This document shows positions 12,148-22,727 of a stretch of 64,000 bases of DNA, in pieces (the stretch's first letter is position 1; each line of letters starts with the position of its first letter). The DNA lies in NCBI GenBank assembly GCA_963733675.1, contig CAVTET010000012.1:256001-320000 (forward strand), given 5' to 3'. The stretch is from an uncultured Methanosarcinaceae archaeon (lineage in GTDB: Archaea; Halobacteriota; Methanosarcinia; Methanosarcinales; Methanosarcinaceae). The notes beneath the pieces are model-generated. The model was given only the letters and a program-made list of their open reading frames with translations. It did no database searches and was not told the DNA's origin. The position numbers were made by a program, and so were the translations under genes.

Positions 12148-12636
12148 TTATTCTTCTGCAAAGGTTGCACGCATCTTTTCTTCTTCTTCCTTTGACAGGT
12201 TGGTAGCAATGACTTCAAACTTGGATTTTTTCATAGCCTCTACTACCCTATCTTCTACGGCATCGCTAGTCATAAGGAAAAGAGCTGAAGTTCCTTCAGT
12301 CACTTTGCTACGGATAGATTTTATGAAATCTTCATCGATCCCCACATGTTTCATTGAACCCACTACTGCACCTAACGCAGCCCCGGCGGCTAGACCAACC
12401 AAAGGAATAAAGAATATAATCCCAAATAATAGCCCCCAAAAAGCGCCGCTCAGTGCACCTATGCGAGTTAAATTGATCAAATGCTTTATTTTTGGTTTAG
12501 TTTTTCCTTTAACCCATGTGACTATAGCTGCATCGTGTAGTTTTATCATTTGTTGTTTACTTAAGTCCTCAATCACTTCAAGTTCATTTTCTGCACCATC
12601 AGCGGTGTCAAACTTAAGAACTGTTAAAGTTGCCAT
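12148..12636 (-). CDS. DUF1269-family membrane protein
   Basis: DAAIVTW, GALSGAFWGLLFG, GIDEDFIK, GTSALF and TNLSKEEE motifs. Confidence 0.85.
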   Translation of the reverse strand: MATLTVLKFDTADGAENELEVIEDLSKQQMIKLHDAAIVTWVKGKTKPKIKHLINLTRIGALSGAFWGLLFGIIFFIPLVGLAAGAALGAVVGSMKHVGIDEDFIKSIRSKVTEGTSALFLMTSDAVEDRVVEAMKKSKFEVIATNLSKEEEEKMRATFAEE

Positions 12637-13032
12637 TACTTAAACTCCTTTTCTGCTTTTCAGATTTATTCTTTGGTTTATCATGTCAGTTTGTTGACCA
12701 AGGTGGAACTTATTGTACATTTACTTTTGTAAGTTTAACTGAAATAAATTGATATATATCTTTAGTATATAAAAAGTTTATATTATTTATAACGGCGATG
12801 GCGTCTCTACTGTAGAAAATTTTAAAAAACTTATAATTTTCACAAGTAATATTTTCACCATTAATGAGAATATGACAAATTTAGAAGTTCATTGAAATCC
12901 TCTCTAGACTAGATTAGTCTATTAACTTAAAGTTTATAGTCCTAAACATATACTATGTATACATAACTAAATCAGTTGATGATGTTCATTGTATTGAAGC
13001 TGGTTATTTAAACGTAAAACAGAGGTTGGAAA

Positions 13033-13450
13033 ATGCAAACATTGGAAAAGAAAATAAAACATTAATTGAAAATTTTTAATTGCTCTTCGAAGGAAAGGAG
13101 CAGTAAAAACAACAATTATATAATACCTATACTATGCAACTTGGATGATCGAGGAACTTCAAGAACTAGGATTCAATGAGACCTTGGACAAGCTTGAACC
13201 TAATATTTTTTATTGAGTGCTTATTTCTTTTTAGGATGAAAGAAAATTATCTTCCGGCACTATCCAAAATTACAAAAAACGGTGTGATTTTTTTAAATGG
13301 TCCACAGGTAGTAACCCCACTAAATGGATTATGTATCTCAAGCTAAAAATAATTGCAAGTACTGTGCAACCCTCCAATATACTGACCAAAGATGAGTTCA
13401 CCCAGCTTCTTGAAGGCTGTAGACATCTATGGGATAAAACAATCATTGTT
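13033..13450 (+). pseudogene. Tyrosine recombinase/integrase N-terminal remnant
   Basis: From 13235 reads DERKLSSGTIQNYKK..FFKW..STVQPSNILTKDEFTQLLEGCRHLWDKTII, the core-binding domain plus the LTxxE..RD lead-in to box I; stops upstream; catalytic domain missing. Confidence 0.7.
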
Positions 13451-13842
13451 TCTTCTTTTATGCTACTTCGCTGTCGATTTAATCCTCATCTTTAGTTGAT
13501 GGGGGGTGACATATAGTTACAATCAGAAAACTGATAAAAGTATATATGAAGCAGTGGGCTTTTGAGAAAAGCATTTATAAACTATCCAAAAAAGTATCCC
13601 AACTCCACTGTAGAAAAAGTCTCTGAATTTGTTGCAAATTCCAACAAAAAGATTCCAGAATATGAGAGAGAATTGGATATCCTATAGCATAAGAAAAAGC
13701 TAAAGAGCTCTATAAATGTGGGCAGCTGTGATATAATAATCTTACTTGAGATATATTATCTCAAGTTGAGTAAATAAGGATCTAAGCTCCTTTTGTTTGG
13801 GGGTTATCTCTTAGTTAGGTCCTTGATAAGCTTTCATTTTCA

Positions 13843-13903
13843 GATACATAGTTACACTAAAACATTTTATTCCAGGATTTATGTTTTAGTGCATTTATGT
13901 ATC
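13843..13903. repeat. 61-bp bulged inverted repeat
   Basis: GATACATA-gtta-CACTAAAACAT...ATGTTTTAGTG-catt-TATGTATC; the outer arm matches the 31-bp site half. Confidence 0.65.
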
Positions 13904-14223
13904 ATGATATATTAGCTGAATATGCTTTAATATATATATTTTGCAAATATTCTATATCTTAATATAGACTACTAAATATTACACAATGTATGTAATCCTA
14001 ATCTTATGAACCATGGACATCACAAAGGGATTAGCAATAACAATAAAAAATAATTCTCAGAGCAAAGAAATTATTTATAAAACAACAAAAAATTATAGAA
14101 AATTCCGATAAATTACAATTTTATTCTAGTTGTTTATAAAGTTTATATAGTAGCATTTTTACTCAAAGGTAAATCGGAATTCATTATATAAAAATATATT
14201 ATTTATAATATAATATTAACTGG

Positions 14224-14523
14224 TTAGTAGTAACCCCAACCGTCATAAGGGTAGCTATGCCCCAGGGATAACCCTATGCCCCAGGGATAACCTCCCCAAC
14301 CGCAGCCGCCGTAGGCAATTAAAGGCATGCCCCAGCCGCCATAGCCCCAGCCACCACAGCCACCATAGCCGCAGTCATCATAGCCCCAACCGCCATAGCC
14401 GCCTCGGCCACCATAACCGCCGTGATGTGCACTAGCTGCTACAGCTGTCAAAGATACTACAAAAAAAGCTGCCAGCAAAATAGACATTCCTTTCTTCATG
14501 TCATTAGAAGATAGTTTCAACAT
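14224..14523 (-). CDS. Small secreted Gly/Tyr/Trp-rich protein (conserved-leader family, member 1)
   Basis: Signal peptide ending AASA; GGAG RBS; GGYGGWG-rich mature part. Confidence 0.8.
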   Translation of the reverse strand: MLKLSSNDMKKGMSILLAAFFVVSLTAVAASAHHGGYGGRGGYGGWGYDDCGYGGCGGWGYGGWGMPLIAYGGCGWGGYPWGIGLSLGHSYPYDGWGYY

Positions 14524-15032
14524 TTGTTACCACTCCTATTTTATTCAATTTGATACAATGTAAATCAGTTTAAGACTTACGAAGTTTAACAGCAAAAAAA
14601 GTAGTTGTTAAATGTGTAAGTCCTGAATTTAAATAAACACCAGATTTTATCACATGCTATAACTGATCTACATACAACTAGTGAAAAATCGGAAGTTTAT
14701 CAAAACTCTCTCTATTTCATAGCACGTGCCTACTCAGTACCAAAGCACAGTGATGAAATGTAAAAATCACTCGATTTTGGAACCTAGTCGTGTATGCCAA
14801 TAGAAGGTGATTTTTAATTATATCATCATTACATTATTATTATCTAATGAATATAAAATAGCAAGAAATATAAATACAGGATGTGAGTTACTCATATTTA
14901 ATAACTGTTAAAAATATTTATTAACTCATCATACTATTTGTCTTCATGTTAAAATTATCTTTTTCTCAATCAGACTGAATCGTTAATAAGTCTGTTTTCC
15001 TGGATTAAGGTTTGAATATGGACAGCTTTATT

Positions 15033-15063
15033 ATACACAGTTTTTGCATCAAAAGCTTTGAAT
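15033..15063 (+). repeat. Dispersed 31-bp palindromic site, copy B
   Basis: ATACACAG TTTTTGCATCAAAAG CTTTGAAT; start of a ~240-bp block homologous to 16011-16255. Confidence 0.7.
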
Positions 15064-15110
15064 TTCCTAAGTTCCATTTGAAATAAGAAAACATTGTTAA
15101 TCTATTACTC

Positions 15111-15191
15111 ATGGAGCTTATGGAATTCCTAGAGCATATGGAGCTCATGGAACATTTGGAATTAATTAGCCTAAACAACTATCATAAATAA
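15111..15191 (+). CDS. Putative 26-aa micropeptide MELMEFLEHMELMEHLELISLNNYHK, copy 1
   Basis: Frame and stop position conserved in three dispersed copies; could instead be a 9-bp DNA repeat. Confidence 0.4.
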   Translation: MELMEFLEHMELMEHLELISLNNYHK

Positions 15192-15308
15192 AAAAAGAAA
15201 AAAATATTTATATAATGCTCTAAACAAAATTGAAATATAAATAAACGGAGTCAAAAATTCAATTTTTCAATATTCAGTAAGTACTAAGTAGCTAGAAATA
15301 GCTACCTA

Positions 15309-15536
15309 TCAAGTATAGATATCACCCGCATAATCTGGTTGGTTTACGGCTGCATAATCTCTGTTGGGGTTCCCCGCATAATATGGGGTGTCATAAATAC
15401 CGCCGGGGCCATAACCACCTCCACGGTCCCCGTAGCCTTGTGCACTCGCTGTCACTGCTGTCAAAGATAAAACAAAAAGTACTGCCAGCAAAATAGACAA
15501 CACCTTTTTCATTCTACTAGATATGTGTTTCAACAT
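15309..15536 (-). CDS. Small secreted protein (conserved-leader family, member 2)
   Basis: Leader MLKHISSRMKKVLSILLAVLFVLSLTAVTASA; mature part with GY and DYA repeats. Confidence 0.8.
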   Translation of the reverse strand: MLKHISSRMKKVLSILLAVLFVLSLTAVTASAQGYGDRGGGYGPGGIYDTPYYAGNPNRDYAAVNQPDYAGDIYT

Positions 15537-15560
15537 TTTCTTTCACCCATTTATGGTTAA

Positions 15561-15606
15561 AATTAAAAATTATAATAGAATTTAATTAAAAATTATAATA
15601 GAATTT
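15561..15606. repeat. Perfect 23-bp tandem duplication
   Basis: AATTAAAAATTATAATAGAATTT twice, in the upstream region of member 2. Confidence 0.85.
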
Positions 15607-16010
15607 GTTTTTGGTAACTATTCAAGCTATCAAAATTTAGTTGGTTGATATCTATTCTAGTACACCAACAAATTTTGATGAACTACAAAACATACTTAGT
15701 TTGTTAGTTATTTTAAATTAATTATAAAAAAAATAGTTTCTGAATCAAAATTATTTCCCCATAAGATATTTTAACATTGAACAATAATTTAATATTAATT
15801 ATGTTTTTTATAATAGTTCTGGGTAAAGATTATTTCTGCGTGAGACATTGAAAAAATTATATCTAATTTGATATTAATCATAGATTATCATTGTTTCTGG
15901 ATTTTTAGCCATATGTTGTGAATAGTATCCAAATTACTCATGAAAATAAAAGGTTCATTAAAATATTTATCTATATTTTAAACGCAAAATTTTGATGATG
16001 GTATTTTTTT

Positions 16011-16044
16011 GTGCACAGTTTTTTTTGTTCTAAAATCTATGCAT
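16011..16044 (+). repeat. Dispersed palindromic site, copy C (T-run expanded)
   Basis: GTGCACAG TTTTTTTTGTTCTAAAAT CTATGCAT. Confidence 0.75.
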
Positions 16045-16091
16045 TTCCTAAGTTCCAAATGAAATAAGAAAAGGTTACTGATCCAGAACTT

Positions 16092-16172
16092 ATAGAGCTC
16101 ATGGAACTCCTAGAACATCTGGGGTTCATGGAACATCTGGAACTAATTAAAGCAAACCACAAGCATAAATAG
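16092..16172 (+). repeat. Copy 2 of the MELME micro-ORF element
   Basis: (I)ELMELLEHLGFMEHLELIKANHKHK*; first codon ATA, second ATG at 16101. Confidence 0.55.
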
Positions 16173-16470
16173 AAAATATCAGAAAATGAAATAATAGTAA
16201 AGTACTCTAAACAAAATTAAAAATGTGAATAAACTGAATCAGAAACTCATTTTTTCGGGATAATAGTTTTATTTCAGAAATTTCTAATAAATCTTCCCAT
16301 CTTCCTATGCTTAGAACTAATTACAAAATAACAGGAGTAGGATTGTAAGCACTTGAAGTACAAAATTAAGCACAATAGGTATTGTGGTCACATTAGCTTC
16401 TTAAACAGTAGACGGTTTAATATTATTTATTTCTCCGTTCAACTGCGTAAGGCCTATTGTAACGAATATT

Positions 16471-16812
16471 TCATTTTTCGTTGTTGTAGTCATAAAATAC
16501 AATTTTAATTTTTTCTTCTGTGATCAACCCTTGGGTAATTATTTCGTCTAATTTTGGTTTGATCTTATCAATTTTTTCTTCGATATCAGCTATTTCGATA
16601 AGTATTGGCAAATCAGTGGATAACTGCAATATAGATGTTGTATGAACATGGCTGTGTTTTCCAAAACCAGCAATGCCTCTAAAAACAGTTGCCCCTGCGA
16701 TTCCTTCATTTTTGAGCATCTCAAGTATATGCATATACATCGACTTGCCTTTATATCTATCAGACTCTCCAATGAATATTCTCAATAATATAGCCTGAGA
16801 TTCCTTTTTCAT
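16471..16812 (-). CDS. DUF190 (PII-like) protein
   Basis: LRIFIGESD, GATVFRGIAGFG and LSTDLP motifs; overlaps the crcB stop. Confidence 0.92.
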   Translation of the reverse strand: MKKESQAILLRIFIGESDRYKGKSMYMHILEMLKNEGIAGATVFRGIAGFGKHSHVHTTSILQLSTDLPILIEIADIEEKIDKIKPKLDEIITQGLITEEKIKIVFYDYNNEK

Positions 16813-17207
16813 CTAATTCCCCTGAATAGATAAGTGCCAACATTTAAAGCTACAATTTTCCCTAAATAAACTGCAAACATGGAAAATAATACGGTCACCA
16901 TCAGATTTATTGCCATTAGTTTTAGTTTTGAATCGTCAAGTAATCTGAATGACTCATAACTAAATGTTGATAATGTTGTATAGCCACCGATTAATCCAAT
17001 TGTCAAAAATATCCTGGTTTCTTCGCCAAAGAATCCTTGATATTCAGAAAGGTACATTATTAAACCTAAAAGAAAACTACCACTAATGTTTACAACCAAA
17101 GTACCAACAGGGAAATTAACGAAATTGTTCTGTACCCATCCACTTAAAGTATATCTCAAAATAGAGCCTATGAAATCTCCTATGCCTACTAATAGAAGTG
17201 TGTACAA
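16809..17207 (-). CDS. crcB: Fluoride efflux channel CrcB/Fluc
   Basis: FPVGTLVVN, GLIGGYTTLSTF; four TM segments; upstream riboswitch. The N-terminal GG motif reads GD here. Confidence 0.92.
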   Translation of the reverse strand: MYTLLLVGIGDFIGSILRYTLSGWVQNNFVNFPVGTLVVNISGSFLLGLIMYLSEYQGFFGEETRIFLTIGLIGGYTTLSTFSYESFRLLDDSKLKLMAINLMVTVLFSMFAVYLGKIVALNVGTYLFRGIR

Positions 17208-17227
17208 GTCAAACGCCTCGATGATTG

Positions 17228-17287
17228 TGTAGAAGTCATTAACATAAGTGGTTTAGACTTAATGATCGAGGTGGACTTCATCACCTT
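17228..17287 (-). ncRNA. Fluoride (crcB) riboswitch
   Basis: Minus strand GGTGATGAAGTCCACC...AAACCACTTATGTTAATGACTTCTAC matches the consensus; P1 GGUG/CACC, pseudoknot GAAG/CUUC; about 20 nt upstream of crcB. Confidence 0.88.
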
Positions 17288-17414
17288 TCAAGGAGAAGTT
17301 CACCAATATTAGATAAATAATTTATGCAAGCGTGGATAATCCTCTATTATTTGGTTGGTTTTGTTTCAAAAATAAAAGTAGAGTCATTTTTCGGTTTTTT
17401 TGTTTCGCATTTCA

Positions 17415-18663
17415 ATGGTGCTTTATATCGGGGGAGTATATGAAATATGTGGCAGAAATCGAATATAATGGTGTGCCAATTGATACCGATCTACTTAATG
17501 AGTTACAAGAAAACTGGGAAAAAATAAAATTTAAATTAATCAAAATATTGACAAATTTGGAATCTACGAAGGAACCAGTTTTAAGATTAATAACTTTGAG
17601 AGATTACTTCAAGTCAATAATTGGATGTGGCCGAGAACTGATACAGGTCTGCCAAAAACCGATAAGGAAACTTTCAAGGAAATGACAGAAATCCATCCTG
17701 AAATAGGGCCTTTGAAGGAATTAAAAGCTCTCATCGGTGGGCTAAACTTTAAATCTATTATGGCTGGTTCAGATGGCAGAAGTCGAACCTTAATATTTCC
17801 CTTCTGGACCAAGACAGGTAGAAATGCCCCAAAGGATGACGAGGAAAAAAAGAATAGAGGAGAATTAAGAGTTAGGTTTATGTTTTGACTTCCTGCTAGT
17901 CTGAGAAGTCTAATAAAACCTATTGAGGGAAAAGTACTTGCGTATATTGATTATGCACAGCAAGAGTTCTTTATTGCAGCAGTTCTCTCTAAGGACCCAA
18001 ATATTATTGAGGCGTATCAGAGCGGGGATCCATATCTAGCTTTTGCAAAACTAGCAGGTGCTGTTCCAGCAGATGCTACAAAAGAAACGCATGGCACAAT
18101 ATTAGACAGCTCTTTAAATCGTGTGTCCTTGGAGTTCAATATGGTCTGGGTGCAGAATCACTTGGGTTTAAAATTGGTAAGCCTACACCTTATGCAAAGG
18201 AGCTATTGAGCCATCATAAAAGAATTTTCAAAAATTATTGGCGTTGGGGAGATATGATCTGGAATCAAGCCTGTTTAATGAAAAGGATCGAAACCTGCTA
18301 CAGATGGAAAATGATTGTTTCAGGATCCAGCAATAAGGAAATGTTAACCGGCCGAAATTTCCCAATTCAAGCCATTGGAGCTGAAATTATTAGAGTGGCA
18401 TGCATCCTTCTCTCGGAGAATAATATTAAAATTGTTGCTCCAGTTCACGATGCAGTGATGATTGAGTGCGACGAAAAGGCGGCAGACAAAGAGAGATAGC
18501 TAGAAAGCTTATGTGTGATGCATCGGAAATCGTTTTGGGTGCAGGTAACAGATTGAAAACAGATGTCGATATTGTCCGTTATCCTGGCAGGTATATAGCT
18601 GAGAAAGGTGCCGAAACTTGGGAGCTTATTACGCGGATACTCATGGAGATAAAACAAGAGTAA
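17415..18663 (+). pseudogene. Family A DNA polymerase (mobile-element type), decayed copy 1
   Basis: Motif A IDYAQQEF, motif B RQLFKSCVLGVQYGLG, NFPIQA, motif C VHDA; several stops and frameshifts; N-terminus missing. Confidence 0.85.
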
Positions 18664-18873
18664 AACCCACCATAAATGCGGCTGAAAGATCCTGGGCAGA
18701 CTTTTCAATTTAACTGTAGAACTTAATCCCAATTTAGCTATAGAGCCATATTAATTAGCTGTACAGCTAAATTCCAAAGCCTTACAATATCGATTTGACT
18801 ACTTATATTTCTTTAGTATATCTTCTTTATTTCTACTTAATATTTAAAAGTAATATTTAATGGGAGTAAGATA

Positions 18874-19215
18874 ATGCTGGTGAATCCTAAAGATAAAATA
18901 AAGAGGTCTTTCATATCTCAAATGCCTTCAGATTGGATTATAAAGTTACCTTCCAATTCAGTGGGGCATACATACAGGGTGGCTATGTATATTTGGCATT
19001 TAAAAGGGGTGAAGAAATCTAATGATCTAGTAGTCACTTTGAAAGGGATAAATTCATTTTTACCTATCCCGGATTGGGCTTTTCCGAAAGCATTGGATGA
19101 GTTAGAAAAATGTGGGATGATAAAAACCATAAGAGGACGTGGTAAAAGTCCCGTAGTGACTGTTTTATGCAAAAATTGTTATGAAGGGTATCCAACTTTA
19201 AATTTCGATCACTGA
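18874..19215 (+). CDS. Winged-HTH-like protein downstream of polymerase copy 1
   Basis: KALDELEKCGMIKTIRGRGKSPVV wHTH-like pattern; paralog at 61282-61638. Confidence 0.65.
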   Translation: MLVNPKDKIKRSFISQMPSDWIIKLPSNSVGHTYRVAMYIWHLKGVKKSNDLVVTLKGINSFLPIPDWAFPKALDELEKCGMIKTIRGRGKSPVVTVLCKNCYEGYPTLNFDH

Positions 19216-19314
19216 GATGAACTGAAAGTACATAGGTTATATGTCGTTTTCAATTTTCTTTATGCTCTTACAGTGCTTCCAAAACTTTGATTCGCTATTA
19301 AGGGAAATATATAG

Positions 19315-20168
19315 GATTCCGTTGCAAAAAATCCTTTCTAATGATACAATAGAATAAAACGAAAACCAAAGATAGTAATATGCTATCTAATTCCTTTAAA
19401 TGGAAGCATTATGAAGGAGAAATTATCCTATTGAATGTAAGATGGTACTTAAAATATCCATTGAGCTATAGAAATTTAAAGGAAATGATGATAGAAAGAG
19501 GAATTCAAGTTGATCACAGTACTATAATGAGATGGGTGCATCAATATTCCCCTGAACTAGAAAAGAAGATAAGAAGACATTTAAGACCAACAAATGATTC
19601 ATGGAGAGTTGATGAAACCTATATCAAAGTAAAAGGTAAATGGAAATGTCTTTATCGAGCAGTTGATTCCAATGTAGATACAATTGATTTCATGTTAAGT
19701 GCAAAACGAAACCGAAAAGCAGCGAAGAGATTTTTTAAGAAGGCTTTGAGTTCTAATCATAATCAAATTCCAAGAGTAATAACAGTTGATAAGAATCCAG
19801 CTTATCCACCTGCTATAGATAAACTGAAAAATAATAACATACTACCTAAAAACGTAGGCATTCGACAAATCAAGTATTTGAATAACATTATAGAACAAGA
19901 TCATAGATCTATAAAGCGAATCGTTAATCCAATGTTAGGATTTCAGTCTTTTCGATCTGCTAATAAGACTTTAAAAGGAATTGAAGCTATGAATATGATC
20001 AAAAAAAACAAGTCAATAATCTAAATTACTCTGTTCTTTGTGAAGTCAAATACATTAATCAATTGTTTGGTATAGTTTTATAATGTTAGTACATTTTCCT
20101 TTAATATTTTGATTTGTATTCATTACTTATAGATTTACATATTTTTTTGAATTTTTTGCAACGGAACC
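19315..20168 (+). mobile_element. IS6-family insertion sequence, copy 2
   Basis: Ends GATTCCGTTGCAAAAAA and TTTTTTGCAACGGAACC; transposase 19380-20024 frameshifted in a poly-A run near its C-terminus; abuts the ilvD stop. Confidence 0.95.
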
Positions 20169-20170
20169 AC

Positions 20171-21832
20171 TCAGTCCACTATCCCTCCTGTATTTGCGGA
20201 ATGGACTGAACGCTGGTATTTGGCAAGGTAACCTGTGACTTCCTTTTTAGGTGGCACAAGAACAGCTTTCCGGTTCTTAAGCTCTTCTGTGGAAACCCTC
20301 AGGTTCAGGATCCTTTCAGGAATATTGATCTCTATCAGATCTCCATTTTTGACCAGGGCAATTGGTCCTTCTTCGCTAGCTTCTGGGGAAACATGTCCGA
20401 TACAGGGACCACGGGTTCCTCCAGAGAAACGTCCATCAGTTATAAGCGCCACAGATCCCAGCAGATCCATACCTCCAATTGCAGATGTGGCTGCAAGCAT
20501 TTCCCGCATCCCAGGACCACCTTTCGGGCCTTCGTAACGGATGACTACAATATCCCCGGGCTTCACTTCGCCTGCAAGAATACTTTTCATAGCTTCTTCC
20601 TCACAGTCATAAACTTTGGCAGGTCCTGAGTGAATATGCATTCTTGGGTCAACTGCTGTCTGCTTAACAACCGAGCCATCAGGTGCAAGACTGCCTTTAA
20701 GGATTGCAATTCCCCCCTGAGGATGAATGGGTTTATCTAGCGTTGCAATTATCTCTTTATTAAGCACTGGGTTAACAATCACTAGTTCATTAAGATTTTC
20801 CCCTATGGTTTTGCCATTAACCGTAAGCTGCTCGATATGAAGTTTAGAGAAAAGTCTCTGCATAACTGCCTGAACCCCGCCCGCTCTATCAAAATGTAAC
20901 AAGAAATTAGAGCCCCCAGGACGAAGAGAGATCAGATTTGGGATTGTTTGACTCAGTTCGTCAAATTTCCCTAGAGAGAGTTCTAGCCCAAATTCATGGG
21001 CAATAGCAGGGAGGTGCAGGGTAGTATTCGTGCTTCCTCCGATCGCCATATCTACCATTATGGCATTTTCGAATGATTTAAAATTAACAATTTTTTTGGG
21101 AGTCAGGTTCTCTATAACCATTTCCACTATACGTTCCCCAGTTTCCTTTGCAATTCTTGTCTTTTTTGCATCCACGGCATGAGCAGTTGCACAGCCTGGA
21201 AGGCTCATACCGAGAGCCTCAGTCATGCAAGCCATGGTATTAGCAGTAAACATCCCTGCACAAGATCCTGCTCCAGTGCAGGAAAGATTTTCGAGCCACT
21301 TAAGATCTGTATCGGATAGTTTTCCTACTCGGTGAGCTCCCACTCCTTCGGAGACTGAGATCAGATCCGTGTATTTGTCATTTACATAACCTGGGAGCAT
21401 CGGTCCTCCCGTTATAACAATTGAAGGGATATCAAGTCTACCTGCTGCCATAAGGTGCCCTGGCACAATCTTATCGCAGCTAGGAATTAGGACCATACCG
21501 TCAAATTGGTGGGCTTTAACCATCAGTTCAATTGTGTATTCAATAACTTCTCTGCTAGGGAGGGAATATCTCATACCCTCGTGGCCCATCGCTATTCCGT
21601 CACAAACACCTATAGTATGGAATTCAAAAGGAACTCCACCAGAGTTCCTGATCCCAGCTTTGACAGCTTCAGCAAGTCTATTCAGATGAATATGGCCAGG
21701 GATTATCTCATTCCACGAATTGACAACTGCGATGAACGGCTTCTTCATCTCGGCATCTGTGATACCAGTCGCTTTCAGAAGTGAACGGTGGGGAGCGCGT
21801 TCCGGCCCCTCTTTGATGATGGAGCTTTTCAT
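20171..21832 (-). CDS. ilvD: Dihydroxy-acid dehydratase
   Basis: [27 protein letters not shown] and TDGRFSG motifs. Confidence 0.97.
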   Translation of the reverse strand: MKSSIIKEGPERAPHRSLLKATGITDAEMKKPFIAVVNSWNEIIPGHIHLNRLAEAVKAGIRNSGGVPFEFHTIGVCDGIAMGHEGMRYSLPSREVIEYTIELMVKAHQFDGMVLIPSCDKIVPGHLMAAGRLDIPSIVITGGPMLPGYVNDKYTDLISVSEGVGAHRVGKLSDTDLKWLENLSCTGAGSCAGMFTANTMACMTEALGMSLPGCATAHAVDAKKTRIAKETGERIVEMVIENLTPKKIVNFKSFENAIMVDMAIGGSTNTTLHLPAIAHEFGLELSLGKFDELSQTIPNLISLRPGGSNFLLHFDRAGGVQAVMQRLFSKLHIEQLTVNGKTIGENLNELVIVNPVLNKEIIATLDKPIHPQGGIAILKGSLAPDGSVVKQTAVDPRMHIHSGPAKVYDCEEEAMKSILAGEVKPGDIVVIRYEGPKGGPGMREMLAATSAIGGMDLLGSVALITDGRFSGGTRGPCIGHVSPEASEEGPIALVKNGDLIEINIPERILNLRVSTEELKNRKAVLVPPKKEVTGYLAKYQRSVHSANTGGIVD

Positions 21833-22727
21833 TGTAAATCTCCTTAGGATTTCATAGTTAGAATTCCAAGTTTAATTATAGTATAGATGTGAGAAGACTT
21901 AATAGTATAAACAAATTGGGGAATAAAAGACCGTGAAGATAGTAGTAGAATGTACTAAAACATTATATTGAAAGTGAAGATTGGACAAAGAATCCTTGAT
22001 AAACAACGAATTTTTCCCGTTTTTTATTCCTTATTCAGCTTTGAAAAACAAAGGGATGTTATCCAAATTCATTGAACTACGCATAATATTTAGAAAATAA
22101 GACCAGCTATATCTAACACACTTTCTGCAGTTGTACAAAAGAATGCCATCCATTAAACGGTGACAAAAATTAATTAAATACCATCAATTTTGAATGATTT
22201 TGATTCGTCTATACAACTTATCATCAAAGAAAAGAGCTGATAAATTGCATTATTCATCTCAGGTATAAAACCTTTTTTCAAGAAGTTTGTAAAAATTTGT
22301 GGCTAGTCAATATATGAACGAAATTTTCTAAGCCTTATTCGAAAAAACTTGATTGTTGAATCATTTGATGTTGAATCATTTCATTCAGTGAATTTGTGCA
22401 ATGATTTTTGAATTAATATTATCTGTTTCGTTATGTTTCAACACCATCATAACTCGTATATTTCGAACTATAACAGATATCTGCTTTATCACTGAACCAT
22501 AAATAAAAATCCAACAGTCATTTTTTGTAGGTTATAATAGCCTGATTTATTCTATTCAAGTATTTAAAAATGTACTTATAAACTTTCATGTATCTAATTT
22601 ACTATTTCCAATATCCCTTTTTTTTGTTAAGTATGAATCTAAAAGACCTTCCTTAAATATAGATTAAAAAAATAAAAAATGGCTGCAGTTAAATATATGT
22701 TCTATCAAAAATAAAATAGAGTCGTCC

